From Amoebophrya sp. A120 (taxonomy: Eukaryota; Protista; Dinoflagellata): DNA of 64,000 bases. How positions within the stretch are numbered: position 1 is the stretch's first letter; each line of letters starts with the position of its first letter. Shown piece after piece: positions 46,201 to 57,959 of this stretch. The stretch covers positions 9,772,625 through 9,836,624 of the forward strand of contig CAJINV010000004.1 in assembly GCA_905178155.1 (NCBI GenBank), written 5' to 3'. The notes beneath the pieces were generated by a model. The model had not been told where the DNA came from, ran no database searches, and saw only the letters and a list, made by a program, of their open reading frames with translations. Made by a program: the position numbers and the translations under genes.

Positions 46201-49200
46201 AAAAGAGCCCATCGAAGTTTGCGAATTTGTGATGCGGCTTTTCTCCTGCGGGGAGAAAAACCGCATCTAAATCCGGCCGGTTTTGCGAATTTGTAATGGA
46301 GTTTTTCTCCACTCGACCGCTCGGGTGGAGACAAACCGGGTGTAAAGCAAGTAGCTTTGCGCGAAAAAACGGGCCAAAGCCCTACGAAAAGCGCAGCCTC
46401 TACCCCGTCCGGAGCGGGAAAAGTTGGAAGCGGGTGGAGCCCCATTTGCTGCGTCATTCTCGTAGGCCGCTCGTTTCATTCTCGTGACGCTATACGCTAT
46501 TACTGGGGTCAAATTGTATTTTGTCCGTTCATAGAAACGGGAGAAGAAATTCGGCGGGAATTTTCGCGAAAACGCCATCGCCCTGCCGGACATCAGCCCG
46601 TTTGGGCTGTACTTACTCCCGGTGGATGACAGCGGCAACCCGCTGGCGATCGCCGAGAAACAGGTGCAAGACCGGAAAGCCGCTTTTCGGGAGAAGGGCG
46701 GCTATGAATTGCAAAAGTAAAAGTATCGCACTCGTATAAATGCATATACAAATTTCCCGAGCATGAGAACTGGAATTTGTGATGCTGTTTTACCTTAAGA
46801 ACAAGACTTGTCATGCATAATTGCAATTAGTACGACTACGAGTACGATACTTTTGCACAATAAGGTCACGGAGGAAGCGATTGCGAAGATCACCTACGAC
46901 CCAAATCTGCAGGTCACCCGGTACTATGAATTGCAAATATGCCTGGGTCTGGAAGGGTGGAACTTGTGATGCTGCGTTTGGTTTCTAAAAAAATCTGTAT
47001 TGTATGAGCAGCAAAAGGAGTCCAATTTTTGCTACGCGGACAGGGCATTTGTCATGCGGGATAGGCATCGCGAAGCCGTTAGAAAATCTGTGATGCTAGG
47101 ACAAACATCAGAGACATCATGGCTCATGCAAAACGTACATGACAAACTTGCATTCTTCCTGACCCAGACATGTTTGCTGTTGATAGGTACTCGGAGACGA
47201 AGCTTCCCGTCGTGTTGACGGACGACAAGGGAGTTCCTTTCGTGCCCCACAGGGGCGCGGGTTATTTTTCCACTGCAAAGAGGGGACGGGTGGAGCGACA
47301 GCGGTTAATGGAACAGCACGAGAAGAACAGACGGGAAATGGAGCGTATGTACAACCAGGAGCAAGAAGCGCGTCGCAGGCGTGAGGCTTCAGGCACGTCC
47401 TCTCCGAAATTATCTGCAAAGGCGGGGGCTTCTGGCGGGAAGAGAAGCGCTGGCGGGACGAAAGCGGCAGGCGGAGCTGGTGTGCTCGGGAATTTGTTTG
47501 GCGGTTTGTTCGGCGGGGGTGCAGGGAATGCTCCTGAAGTGGCGAGGAAAATAAGTAAACCGAAGGGGAAAGCGAAGGCCGCAGCTACAAGGGCGCTGTT
47601 TTACAACGATCACGGTGCGGAGGAGCCGCGGCTACCTGGTGATAATTGTTCGCAGGAAGAAGATGAAAACGTGACAACGATTCAAGAGCACGAAGTACAC
47701 CTCCCCGCTACCAGTAAGAAGACACCGCCACGACGACCGTTTTTCTTCGTGCCGGAAGCACGTGCGAAAAATACTGCTTCTGCGCAAGAAGAAGAACCCC
47801 AGCATCGATCCGGTTCATCCCGACCGCATCCTACAACATCCCGATCTGGCCACAGTTCCTCTTCACGACTACAGCACAGGTCAACATCTAGTTCTCAAAA
47901 ACCACGACCCCCACCACCGCCGGAACCCCCGGAGGACATCCCGATTTTCACGCTTGGTATGGACGTCGGTCAACTGATCCAGGAAATAGTCGTCGAGAAG
48001 CAGACCCGCGCCGGCGCGATCGTCACCATGAACCGGGAAACACTTGGCGTATCCTGTGCAAAAGTATCGTACTCGTATGGCAGTCACGCATTACAAATTT
48101 CCTTGTTAACTCAAATCCGCATTACAAATTTGCTTTCTCATGCTGATGAAATTTGTAATGCATTTATACGAATACTTTTGCAATGCATATGGCATGCTGC
48201 AAAACGACTATCGGGAAGCCAGAAGGTTGTTCAAATTGAAACGCGGGCAAGTTCCGGATCCTCTCCCGGTGCTCCGCAAGGAACAGCAGGACTACCAGCG
48301 ACGGTGCCGCGAACGATTTGCCGGTCCCGGCTGCCAGCTGTCGCTTCTGGCCTGTGACGGGAAAGCATTGAGGGACGATGCGCTGAACGGGTACAAAGTG
48401 TTGAACAACTTCTACCCGGGCTTCAAGCGGTGGGGAATAGACAAGGGGAAGATCAATCCGAAAGTCTTGTTTTCCAGCCTGCCGAGCAACGAGAAACTGT
48501 TCAACATGCTCGGGTTCAAACTGGATTTTTCGAAATTCCCGGTTGTCCGGTTCAAAAACGTCGCCAAGGGGTCGTCGCCCTTCAAAAACGGCGTCGCCGA
48601 CGGGGACCAACTGCTGGCGGTAAAAGGGAAGCCCATCGCGCGCGTCGGCGAGTGGCCCGGATTTGACGCGATCGACGCGGTGCTGCGTTTGATCGCAGGA
48701 GACGAACAGGACGAGTTTGAGAGCGGGTTTGCGAAGAAGATTGCCGGCGTGCGAATCTTCTCGGGCGAGAAAGTGAAAATCCCAACCGTGACGGCGTTTC
48801 GGCTCAAAAAGCACGGGCCGAAGTACTTGACCTGCCATTCGCCCGGCTGCTACGAAAAGGACGCGCGGATAGGGGATTGCTTGAAGCTGGAGTTTCGTGC
48901 CGCAACAAATACTGTCTCAGGAGCCACGGTAGAACAAGAACCCGGAGGACAGCTTATCCGAAGGTCCGCTTTGGTCGTGACCGATGTGGTGCCGGAAAGT
49001 TGGGCGGCAAGGAGGAGGATCAAGATCAACGACGAGCTGATTGCGATCGAGGAGGTCTTCGTCGGCGGCAGCGCGACCGTGGAGTGCGTGCAAACGCGGA
49101 AGTTTTTGCAGTTCGCGCTTGTGGCAAAAACCAGTGCGGAGCTGAAACACTGCGTACCGGGCACTGCTTTCAAGGAACAAGCAGTGACGTCGAGCGAAAG

Positions 49201-52200
49201 CGATGAAGGTGACAAGACTGGACAGGAACAAGGGTCTTCATCGTCTGATGACTCTTTATTCTCTACCAGTCCTTTCGAGGACCCAGATAAAGGAAACGTT
49301 CTCGTTGCAGCCGGGAGAAAAGCAACCACAAGCACAAGTTTCATCGCGAACAAGAGAGGAAGAATCACCAGGCAGCCACGCCCTCCGCTGTTCCTGTTCC
49401 ACCGGCCAGAGGGCGTGTATCCCAAGGAACTCCGAAACCACGCCCCGACCCGGTTCAAGGACAAGCCCTTTGACGCGTACCACCCACCTGCGCATAAGCA
49501 AATTACGGAGAAAAAGCCCTATTTTCTTCCCTTCAAAATCGTGCGGTTTAAGCAAGCGGCGCAGCACCGAACGATCGGTTGGGCGCAGACGACACTCGAT
49601 CCGGTGTCCTGGACAATCGACTCGGACGACGAGCCGCCAATGGAGCTAGTGGAAGCCGCGTCGCAGGCCATCGTCGCACACGCCAAACAGCAGGAATTGC
49701 TCGCCCAGAAAGGGAAGAAGAAGGCTAGTGCTTCGCCGAAAGGTGCTGCTGGGAAAGGGAAAAAGGGAAGAAGCAGAACAAAAGGCAGCCCGAAGCAGGC
49801 GAACAAAAGCCCGAAGGGCGCGAGAAGATCAAGCCCGGCTGCCGGTACAGCGGGGAAGAGTAAGATGAAAGGAAAAAGGAAAAAAAGCGTGGAGGGATCT
49901 CACCAAGCGGCGGAAGGAGATGAGGGAATGGAAGCGGTAGGACTTGGTGGACGAGATCAGGAACCTCCTCTGGTGAACATCGTGGCAGCGGATGAAGTAG
50001 AGCAAGTGCAAGATGTGGGAGGGGTGGTTGGAATTGCAGAGGGTCCTGTGCTTGGTGATGGCGTAGGAGTAGAACAAATACGCGGTGGTAACAATACTGT
50101 CGACCAAAACGCGGGTGAATTCATACACGTTGACGTTGGCAATGTTCCGAGCGAGGCCCTGTATAACAGCAGCCAACAAGAGGACCCAGGCTTTTCACAG
50201 CAGCAGGAGTTCTTCGGCAGCGCGGCATCCTCCCCCGAGGACACCACTGGTTCGCAGTACCTGAAAACCGCCCCAGCGACGATGCGTACGATGTTTCGTC
50301 GGTTGTTTGGGTTTGAGCTCGACTGGTCCCAGTTCCCGGTGCGTGTGACACACGTTTTCGCGAGGAATGAGGAGCAGAACGTCGCGAAATCGGGCATTGC
50401 CGTCGGGGACATTTTGCTCGCCCTGTCCTACGGGGAGATTCGGAACGACACGCCCATTGAATTTGTGGAAAAAATCCCGACCAGAGCGGTGTTTGAGCAG
50501 GCGCGGGTGGAGCATGAGAAAGAAATAGTGGCGCTGCAGGAGCGGAATAAGAATAACCTTGGAAGAATAACAACAGAAGATGTTGACGGCGCTCACACAG
50601 CAGGAGCTGTTGAAAATCAAGATTTCTATCTCCCGACCATCCCCACGGGGATTTCCCCGGAAACCCTAACTGAATTGGTGGAGCGCCACTTCGTGACGAA
50701 GGTACGCGCGGCATGGCGCAAGTCGATGGAGGACCGCGAGGAGAAGCTGTTGACGAAGTCGCCCGAGGAACTTGCACTGGAAGACAGGAAGAGGGCGCAG
50801 ATCTGCTCGTTCCGTTTTTTGCGCAAAAAACACGAAATGCGGTACTTGCAGCTGCGGTTCAAACCGCCGAGAGTTGTCGTGGAAGGTGCTGGTAAAAATG
50901 CACCTGCTGCGGGGAGCGAGATGAATAATACAGGAGACTACACAAAGAAAAATAATCCGCAAGACGAAGACGACGGCCAGAGAACAAAACCGCCTTCGTT
51001 TCTGGAAAAAATCGGCATCGAGCTGGATCACAAGTATGCACTGCAAAAATGTCTGGGTCTGGAAGGTTGGAAGCTGTCATGCTAAATCTGCATCATGCAA
51101 AAATCTGTGTTGCATGATTACCAAATGCTGTCCCCTTTTGATCAAGTTCAGAGGCAGTTTCCCATGCAGGATAGGCATGATAGTGATCTCACGGAATCTG
51201 TCATGCTAGGTCCCGCATTCCAGACCTCATGGGTCATGGAAAATCAGCATGACAACTTTACATTCTTCCAGACCCAGACATATTTGCATTTGATAACAAG
51301 TGCCGGATCACGAAGATTTTCAAGAACACGCCCGCGGCGCGGAGACATTTGCGTGCGGGGGACGAGTTATGACAGTGCACAACTCCCCCTCTCCCTCATT
51401 TGTATAGCATGAACGGCAATACAAGCAGCAGCAACAGTGCCGGCTTTGCATGACAAATTTTCACTGTAGTGTAGTGCTGTTTGAGCTTCCAGGATTTGTC
51501 GTGCAACCAGTGCTACAAGGCAGCACCTGGATTTGGGATTTTGCATTACGAATGAGGGGGAGGGGGAGTTGTGCACTGTCATACGAGTTGATGGGATTAT
51601 CACACGGCTACAAGGACAACTTCGTGCTGGATTTTTTCTCCATCAAAGAGATGCTGGACAACGCGGAACACGAGCAGAAAAAGATCGATTTTCTCTTCTT
51701 CCGCGGCGACAAAGGTTACGCCCCGTGGACGCGAGCGTGGGGCGTGAATTGCGACAAGGAGCACTGCTCGCCGCTTTTTGTGTTGGCGAAGAGAGCCGGC
51801 TTGGCGCTGAAAAAGGTGGAAAGGAAGGAGAGGGCCGTTGAAGACGTGGACGGGAAAACAGGAGAACCGGGTGGGATTGAAAATCTTGATGGAACAGGAA
51901 ATCCGGTGGATGTTGAAGATGTTGATGACGAAGGGTCAATCGACAAACTGTCGTCCAGTAGCTACTCATCGAATTTAATACCAACTGAGGAGGTGCAGCG
52001 CCGCCGCTTACTGCGGTTGTCCCGGCCAATATGGATTTTTGCGCACGAGAGAGAAGAAAAAGAAAAACTTCGAAAGGATAAAACAAGCGGACGTGGAGGT
52101 GGTAGTGTTGCAAAAAAAGCAGGTACAACACCGGCGGATGAAACAAAAACACAAACAGGCTCCTGGGCGCGTACATCAAGTAGAAGACAAGCCGATCTTG

Positions 52201-55200
52201 ATGAGCACGTCAATAATGAACTTCCTGAAGATGATTTCAACTTGATGTCTAAAAACGCGAACTTTCTCGACGCCTTCCCCGGGTTGGAAAAAGCCTTGGA
52301 AAAAAGGTTCGAACAGATGACCGCACTTTTATCCTGTGCAAAAGTATCGTACTCGTAGAAATGCAAGTCTTGCATTACAAATCTTGTTCCAAAGGCAAAT
52401 CCGCATGACAACTTACATTTCTCGTGCTGAGAAAATTTGTAATCGCAATTATTTATTACGATGCTTTTTGCACTGCATAACTTTCCGACTCGGACCACGA
52501 AGAGCAGGCTCGGTTGCTGGAGAAACGGATTCTCGCGGGTGATGAACAGGACGAGGAAATCGACGAAAACGACGGAGCAGGAGAATCCCCAGCTACTAGT
52601 CCGGCGGACCACTTCAGTGCGCTGCAGGCTCGGAAGGGCGAGAAAGGCGCTGGGAAGTCGAAGACAAAAGACTCGGTTGCGTTAGGGTTGGAGAACAACA
52701 CGAACGAGCTGCTGACGAAGGTTTTGGACGAGGGCGCAGACGAGGGCAAGGCCGAAGATTCGGAGGGCGAGGAGATCCGGCAATATCAGAGTGGTGCACA
52801 GCTCCTGTAGTTGCCCAGGGTTTCTTTCCCCTCATTTGAAAGGCATCAACAGCAAGAATGAACAGGGACCCATCGGTCCGAAATGTTTCTTATTGCATCA
52901 CAGATTTCCACGAGGCGAAGGCGCCATCAACTCTAGTATGGTTTGAGTGGCCCGCCAGCCCGTCATAGCCATGCGAGGTGGTAGTGCTACAAGGTGCCAA
53001 ATATTAAAGCAGGAGGTCTTGCGTTTTCGTATGACAAATGAGGGCAGAGATGAGGGGGAGGTAGTCGTAGTTGTGTGCACCCTCATACGCAGCTTACCGA
53101 GGACATGATGCCGTTTGAAGAAAATGCCGCCGAAAGACAAGCGCTTCGGGAAAAGATCAAGGAGAAGCAGGCGGATATCAAGTGCAAAAATGTCTGGGTC
53201 TAGAAGGATGCCAGGTCTGTCATGCACATTTTGCAGGACTCCTGATGTCTGTGATGCATGCCCTAGCGTCACACGTTCTACGACGGCTTCCTGATTCCTA
53301 TACCGCATCAGAAATACCCTCTCGCCATGGGAAAAACTGGACCTCTTTTGCTGCTCATGCAATAGTATTACATGAGCAGCAAAAGTGGATTTCGATTCTT
53401 ACAAGAAATCTGTATTATACAGATTTCTTGTAAGAATCGAAATCCAGCATCACAAGTTGCATCCTTCCAGACCCAGACATTTTTGCAGTTGATAGCAGAG
53501 CTGCAGGAGCAAATCCAGGAGTTGAATTACTTCTATGACACTGCACAACTCATCCTCCCCCTCATTTCCATTCGTTATTTGTCATGCAAAAACCCAAATC
53601 CAGTTGCTACCTTGTGGCACCGCGTGCAAGCATGACAAATTCCGGAAATCCAAACAGTACTACACTCGGCGCATGAGCTATGTCATCCACAGGGTGCACC
53701 TGTACTGGTGTTTGTAATGCTGTTGATGCCAGACAAATGAGGGGGAGGGGGAGTTGTGCTTCTTTCATAACTTCGAGCGCCAGAAGACGAACTTTGAAGT
53801 GTTGAAGCTAAAGCCGCAGGCGAAGGACTTTGCGAAAAAGGCGGAAAAAGCGAGGAAGAAGGTCTTAAAACTGGAGTTGAAAGTCGGTATTTTGGTTTCC
53901 GACCTGGACGCCTTGCGGCGGGGGCTGTTGGAGAAACAATTGGAGTTGCAGGAGCAGCAGACGGAGTACGCGGAAAATTACGAGTACGCCGTGGACGAGA
54001 AAACTGGCGAATTTCTGGCGCAAGAGTATGAACTGCAAAAGTATCGTACTCGTAGTAATTGTTGTGATGCATGACAAATTTCCTATCTTATGTGAATCAG
54101 CATTACAAATTCTATTTTTCTTCTTGGAAAAATTTGTCATGCTATTCCTACTAGTTCTTTACTTTTGCATTGCATAAAGAGCCTGCGGAACCCAAATCCG
54201 ATATGGACATCGCGTTACTGCTCAGCTTGGACGATCTATCCCACGATGAAAAAATTGCTTGCCTGTAGTGCTGAAAGAAGATGACTTTGGAGGACTCCAA
54301 CTCGCATGACAAGTTTGTTGCGCATCTTGACCACAGGGAACAAAATCTACCGTGCGTGCTGGCTCTTGTTATGGGAATGAAACACGAGTAAAAAAAATCC
54401 CACCCTTCATGCGTTTATTCTCACAAGATGGCGGTCACATGTTGATGTTCGTATACATCCTGGCTGCGCATCATCAACAGAAGTCATTTACAGTGAAGCT
54501 GGTTTTTCAGTGGGATACGCCTTGGGCGGCGCCGAGTCCGTGAAGACCTGGGAGAGAATGAAAATCGCGGAGAGAGCGCGAAAACGGAAGCAGAAGCGAG
54601 ATGTGGTAGAGTCCCGCGTCAAATTTTTCGAAAAGGCGAAAAAACTGCAGAACATGCTGGAGGAGGCGCGACAGCTCATTTTGCAGCGCACGGACTTGAC
54701 CGAAGAGGCGCGCGAAAAACTTCTGCTGCAGAAAGACGAGGAGATCTTTGATTTGGAGCAGAAGATCTTCGAAGAAGTCCGGTCTCGGGAAGACCTCTCC
54801 GGCTTCATGGAAGGGGCGCTGCTGTTGACTTTGCAGGACGTGGCAGACAAGTCGAACGACCCGGGCCTGGTCCGGCGACTGGAGCGGGAGCGAATCGACA
54901 AAGAAATTTTGGAGGCGGAACAAGGCTACAAGGAAGAGCCGCCATACAACGCGCAGGACGAGGAATTGACCGCGTCCCAGAAAATGCGAATTTTAAAAGC
55001 CGAAAGGAAGAAGCGACAAACGCCGACAAAACAAGCGAAAAAACTGTTGCGGGACGGGAAAAAGGAGATGTCAAAATTTTTCGACCTGGAGAAAGACCCG
55101 GTGAAGCGGATGGTGAACGAAATGGGCCTGAGAAATTTGAAACTCACCCGGGAAGAAAAATACCAACAGCGGAAACAGGATCGGAGGGAGAAGGAGAAGA

Positions 55201-56101
55201 TGTACGGGGAAATCAGGGCGAACATGAAGGCACTGAATAAAGAGGCGGACTTCTTCACTGGGATATTCGCAAATACCGTGAAGCAGTATAGGGCCTTATT
55301 TTTGATATAGTTTCATTTATTTGACAACCCGAAAAATCAAAATCACATACACACTCTGTAGTTTCTGACTGTGGCCGTGCAGCGACCGGTGCACCTACCA
55401 ATATTCTTTTGCATCCCACGACTGGTGCTGGAAGGAAAATTGACGTTTGTACATGTCCTTGCAGCTTTTAACGTCCGATCATATTCATATGCTTCCAATC
55501 TCGCTAGAAAGCCCTTGACGAAATTGCAAGTGAGACCAACATAAGCACACATATGAACCAAAAACAGGAACATCATGGATCCGGTCGCCAAAGTCGCTAA
55601 ACCCTACGTCCGGAAAGCGACTCGGACCGTCGCGAAAAGCAGACTCAACAGTTTGGCGAGGAGATACGCGGACATTCAGATACTAGATGAAAATGCGGGG
55701 AAACGGATATGAGATGAGTGCACAACTTCCATCTCGTTTCCCTTGTAGTTTAATCAAAAGTAGGTACTTTGGCTACACAACACATAGCAAAATGAAGCAA
55801 TGGCTTCTGGTTCTGCATGACGAATGGGACTGCCGGCGTGTCTTCTGCATAAGGAATGTGCGCGTGCGCTCCTTTGGGCAGTTCCGACCTGAAACTGTTA
55901 AAAGGCAACTCGATAATGATATTTTTGGAGTCGGTTTTTGGCATAAACATTTTAGGGGTGGCGCGAAGGTGAAGTTGTGCACTCCCATGACGCAAGCCCA
56001 AGGTTTGGAAGGGACCATATGGGAGGATTAAGAGTCCGGAGCCGAACAAGAAAGGCGCGTATGGAAACCTTCAAGAAAAGAAGAAAAGCCCGAAGAGATG
56101 A
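34249..56101 (+). CDS. Giant protein (~5,200 aa, 25 exons): helical N-terminal part, about four PDZ-like segments, C-terminal coiled coil
   Basis: Removing 23 non-canonical introns (each + one DR) and GT-AG intron 55286-55567 leaves 15,606 nt in one frame. PDZ-like: LGFKLD..GVADGDQLLAVKG, VTDVVPESWAARR.IKINDELIAI, FGFELD..GIAVGDILLAL, IGIELD..ITKIFKNTPAAR.HLRAGDEL. Confidence 0.75.
35050..35182. mobile_element. Introner family A
   Basis: A TIRs; DR tgcta. Confidence 0.92.
40241..40392. mobile_element. Introner family A
   Basis: A TIRs; DR gaaaa. Confidence 0.92.
41085..41233. mobile_element. Introner family A
   Basis: A TIRs; DR cgaaa. Confidence 0.92.
42408..42666. mobile_element. Introner family B
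   Basis: B TIRs; DR tgctg. Confidence 0.92.
42891..43152. mobile_element. Introner family B
   Basis: B TIRs; DR tcgcg. Confidence 0.92.
43373..43521. mobile_element. Introner family A
   Basis: A TIRs; DR gaatc. Confidence 0.92.
43833..44093. mobile_element. Introner family B with 8-bp DR
   Basis: B TIRs; DR acaggagg. Confidence 0.9.
44369..44574. mobile_element. Introner family A, degenerate
   Basis: Eroded left TIR; DR aatga/aacga; frame restored. Confidence 0.8.
44758..44913. mobile_element. Introner family A
   Basis: A TIRs; DR tcttc. Confidence 0.92.
45124..45330. mobile_element. Introner family C
   Basis: C TIRs; DR gaaaa. Confidence 0.92.
45421..46533. mobile_element. One-ended 1,113-bp insertion flanked by a perfect 45-bp duplication of exon sequence
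   Basis: 45376-45420 = 46534-46578; right end ...gtccgttcata; removal gives KREKKFGGNFRENAIALPD. Confidence 0.85.
46703..46862. mobile_element. Introner family A, DR decayed
   Basis: A TIRs; flanks gcggc/aggtc; element + 5 nt restores frame. Confidence 0.85.
46925..47185. mobile_element. Introner family B
   Basis: B TIRs; DR ggtac. Confidence 0.92.
48050..48189. mobile_element. Introner family A
   Basis: A TIRs; DR tggcg/tggca. Confidence 0.9.
51035..51295. mobile_element. Introner family B
   Basis: B TIRs; DR acaag. Confidence 0.92.
51368..51583. mobile_element. Introner family C
   Basis: C TIRs; DR cgagt. Confidence 0.92.
52330..52479. mobile_element. Introner family A
   Basis: A TIRs; DR acttt. 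Confidence 0.9.
52784..53087. mobile_element. Introner family C, degenerate
   Basis: Eroded C TIRs; DR ggcaa/cgcag; frame restored. Confidence 0.82.
53176..53494. mobile_element. Introner family B with internal fold-back duplications
   Basis: B TIRs; DR gcgga/gcaga. Confidence 0.9.
53534..53769. mobile_element. Introner family C
   Basis: C TIRs; DR acttc. Confidence 0.9.
54027..54176. mobile_element. Introner family A
   Basis: A TIRs; DR aagag. Confidence 0.9.
54237..54517. mobile_element. Introner family H
   Basis: tatcccacgatgaaaaaattgct / agctggtttttcagtgggata; flanks cgatc/cgcct; element + 5 nt restores frame. Confidence 0.78.
55708..55989. mobile_element. Introner family C-like, degenerate
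   Basis: tatgagatgagtgcacaacttc / gaagttgtgcactcccatg; DR acgga/acgca. Confidence 0.8.
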
Positions 56102-57575
56102 CTCGGCTGATTGCTCACTGTCAGACTCAGAGCTGGTGCTCATATTAAGTGCTACTTGACGGATGTCGTAGCGCTGACGACCGGAATCGGCTTGTGGTCT
56201 GCGCCTGCCATTTCTGGCTGCACGTCTGCAAGTGTGACTGTGAACAGCACCAGGACTACAATGCCATGCATGATTGACTACTGAGCGTTCCTGCTACGCA
56301 TTCGTAGATGATACTGTGGTACTGGGTGTTCCGCCTGTTATTTCCGTAAGACAGTTGAAACATCGTATCGCGTATTGACTGGCTTTCTTCACCGGTCGAC
56401 TGAAATTAATCCCTTTGGACTTCGTGGAACAAGAAGAACGTGCTCTGGGTCGTCACATGCTCTGGGTCGTCACATGACATGATAAGTGGGCTGTGCCATG
56501 CTGTTGCGTGTGCGTAGAAAAAGATATAAGATTCTTGACAAGAAGTTCTTTTCGTGCTGCTTTCTTGCGAAGATGCTCTACCGACACGGTCTCTGCTTTT
56601 TGAATTCGTAGATCTTCGTGCAAAAACTCAGAGCCAATTTGCAACTCAGAGCCAATTTGTGTTTCGTTCCTTCGTAGTTGATCCAAAGCTGCATCTTTGT
56701 CGTGGATAGGGAAATGAGTCGTTTCTCTCACCCCGTGGTGCATCGAGCAAGGGCGGAAGACCGAACATAATTCTTAAGGTAGTACAAAGGCCCCATCTCA
56801 TTCGTGCAAGAAGCTGATGCCGTTCTCGTATTATTTGTCTGCAGATGAACTGTACACGAAACGGAAATAATAATAAACAGAATGACAAGGGGAATTCTCT
56901 ATGTTATGAAATCCCACGACCTCTACTTCCAAACAACCAACAGTACCAAAATTGTAAAAGCGTGTAAGTCAGTGTATAGGAGAACGAGCCTCTTTTCTAC
57001 CCAACAACAAAGCAGGCGCTTCCTCACATAAGTATTCGCTCCGGAGCGGTCACGACAGCTATAGACTCGTCCATAGCTAACATATACTTAAATAAGAGTT
57101 GATCAATTTTTTACAACTGGAAACGCAGTTTTTTTTTCCGGAGTCGATATCGAGTTTCGATATTATCTTCGTATCCAATCATCTACGAACAGAATGAAGC
57201 AAGTCATTTCTGTGTTGATGGCGTCCGGAGCGGCCCGCGTTGCCGGAAAGGACGGAAAGGGAGGGGAGATGCGCCACTGGGTCGGAAAGGAGGACGCCGG
57301 CTTTTATCAGAAAAAGAATGCATAATCATTCGAACAACAGCCATACCTTGTATTGCACTGCTACTTGTAATGGCCCCCAAGTAGATACTGATACTTCTAA
57401 GAACCACGCTTGCGCATCCGCATCACTGTGTGTTTCCAGTTCTGCCTGACGAATTAGTAGAAAATGTAGATTTACAAATTGATAGATAAATGTAAGTAGA
57501 AAGTCAAATCTCTGTGGCCCCCACGGCCAGCGTCGCGCGCTTGACTCTGCATCTTGCATCGCCCACGACGACGAA

Positions 57576-57959
57576 ATGGTATGGTGCCAATTATTATGCA
57601 GTGTCTCACAGAATAGCCTTCTGGAGGTGCAGCACAGCAACGTGATCGTGCGGCCGCGCGGATCATTCCCAGAGGGGTGCGATCTGACCCACATTACCGA
57701 CAAGTATCCGGACCCCCGCAAAGAGACGTACCATCAAGGCATCAGTTGCCATTCCGCTGGCTCTCTCTGCTTTGCAGACACCCAGTGGTGTGCCCCTGAG
57801 GGGTGCCAGTGGTGCTCGGATACGCCAGCGCCGAAGGAAGGGGAAAGCATGAAAATGTGCAACTGGGGTTGCAACCACAAACGAAAAAACGGCTGTCCGA
57901 CCCCGGGCGCGGATGCGTGGCACTGTACGGAGAGGGCAGAATCAAAAGCCCGGCGGTGA
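57576..57959 (+). CDS. Cys-rich exon of a small, possibly secreted protein
   Basis: Cys/Trp-rich GC-rich frame after a cacag acceptor; possible first exon at ATG 57194 (MKQVISVLMASGAA); structure unresolved. Confidence 0.4.
   Translation: MVWCQLLCSVSQNSLLEVQHSNVIVRPRGSFPEGCDLTHITDKYPDPRKETYHQGISCHSAGSLCFADTQWCAPEGCQWCSDTPAPKEGESMKMCNWGCNHKRKNGCPTPGADAWHCTERAESKARR

Noticed and set aside
54202-54455. Possible element starting tatggacatc at 54202
   Set aside because: No convincing right TIR or DR; 54237-54517 has a clear TIR pair and restores the frame.
55286-55567. Possible TAT-starting introner (likewise at 771 and 32609)
   Set aside because: No inverted repeat or DR; each is explained as a GT-AG intron that restores the frame.
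56441-56659. 17-bp and 18-bp tandem duplications downstream of the giant gene
   Set aside because: Ordinary slippage duplications with two copies each and no further structure.
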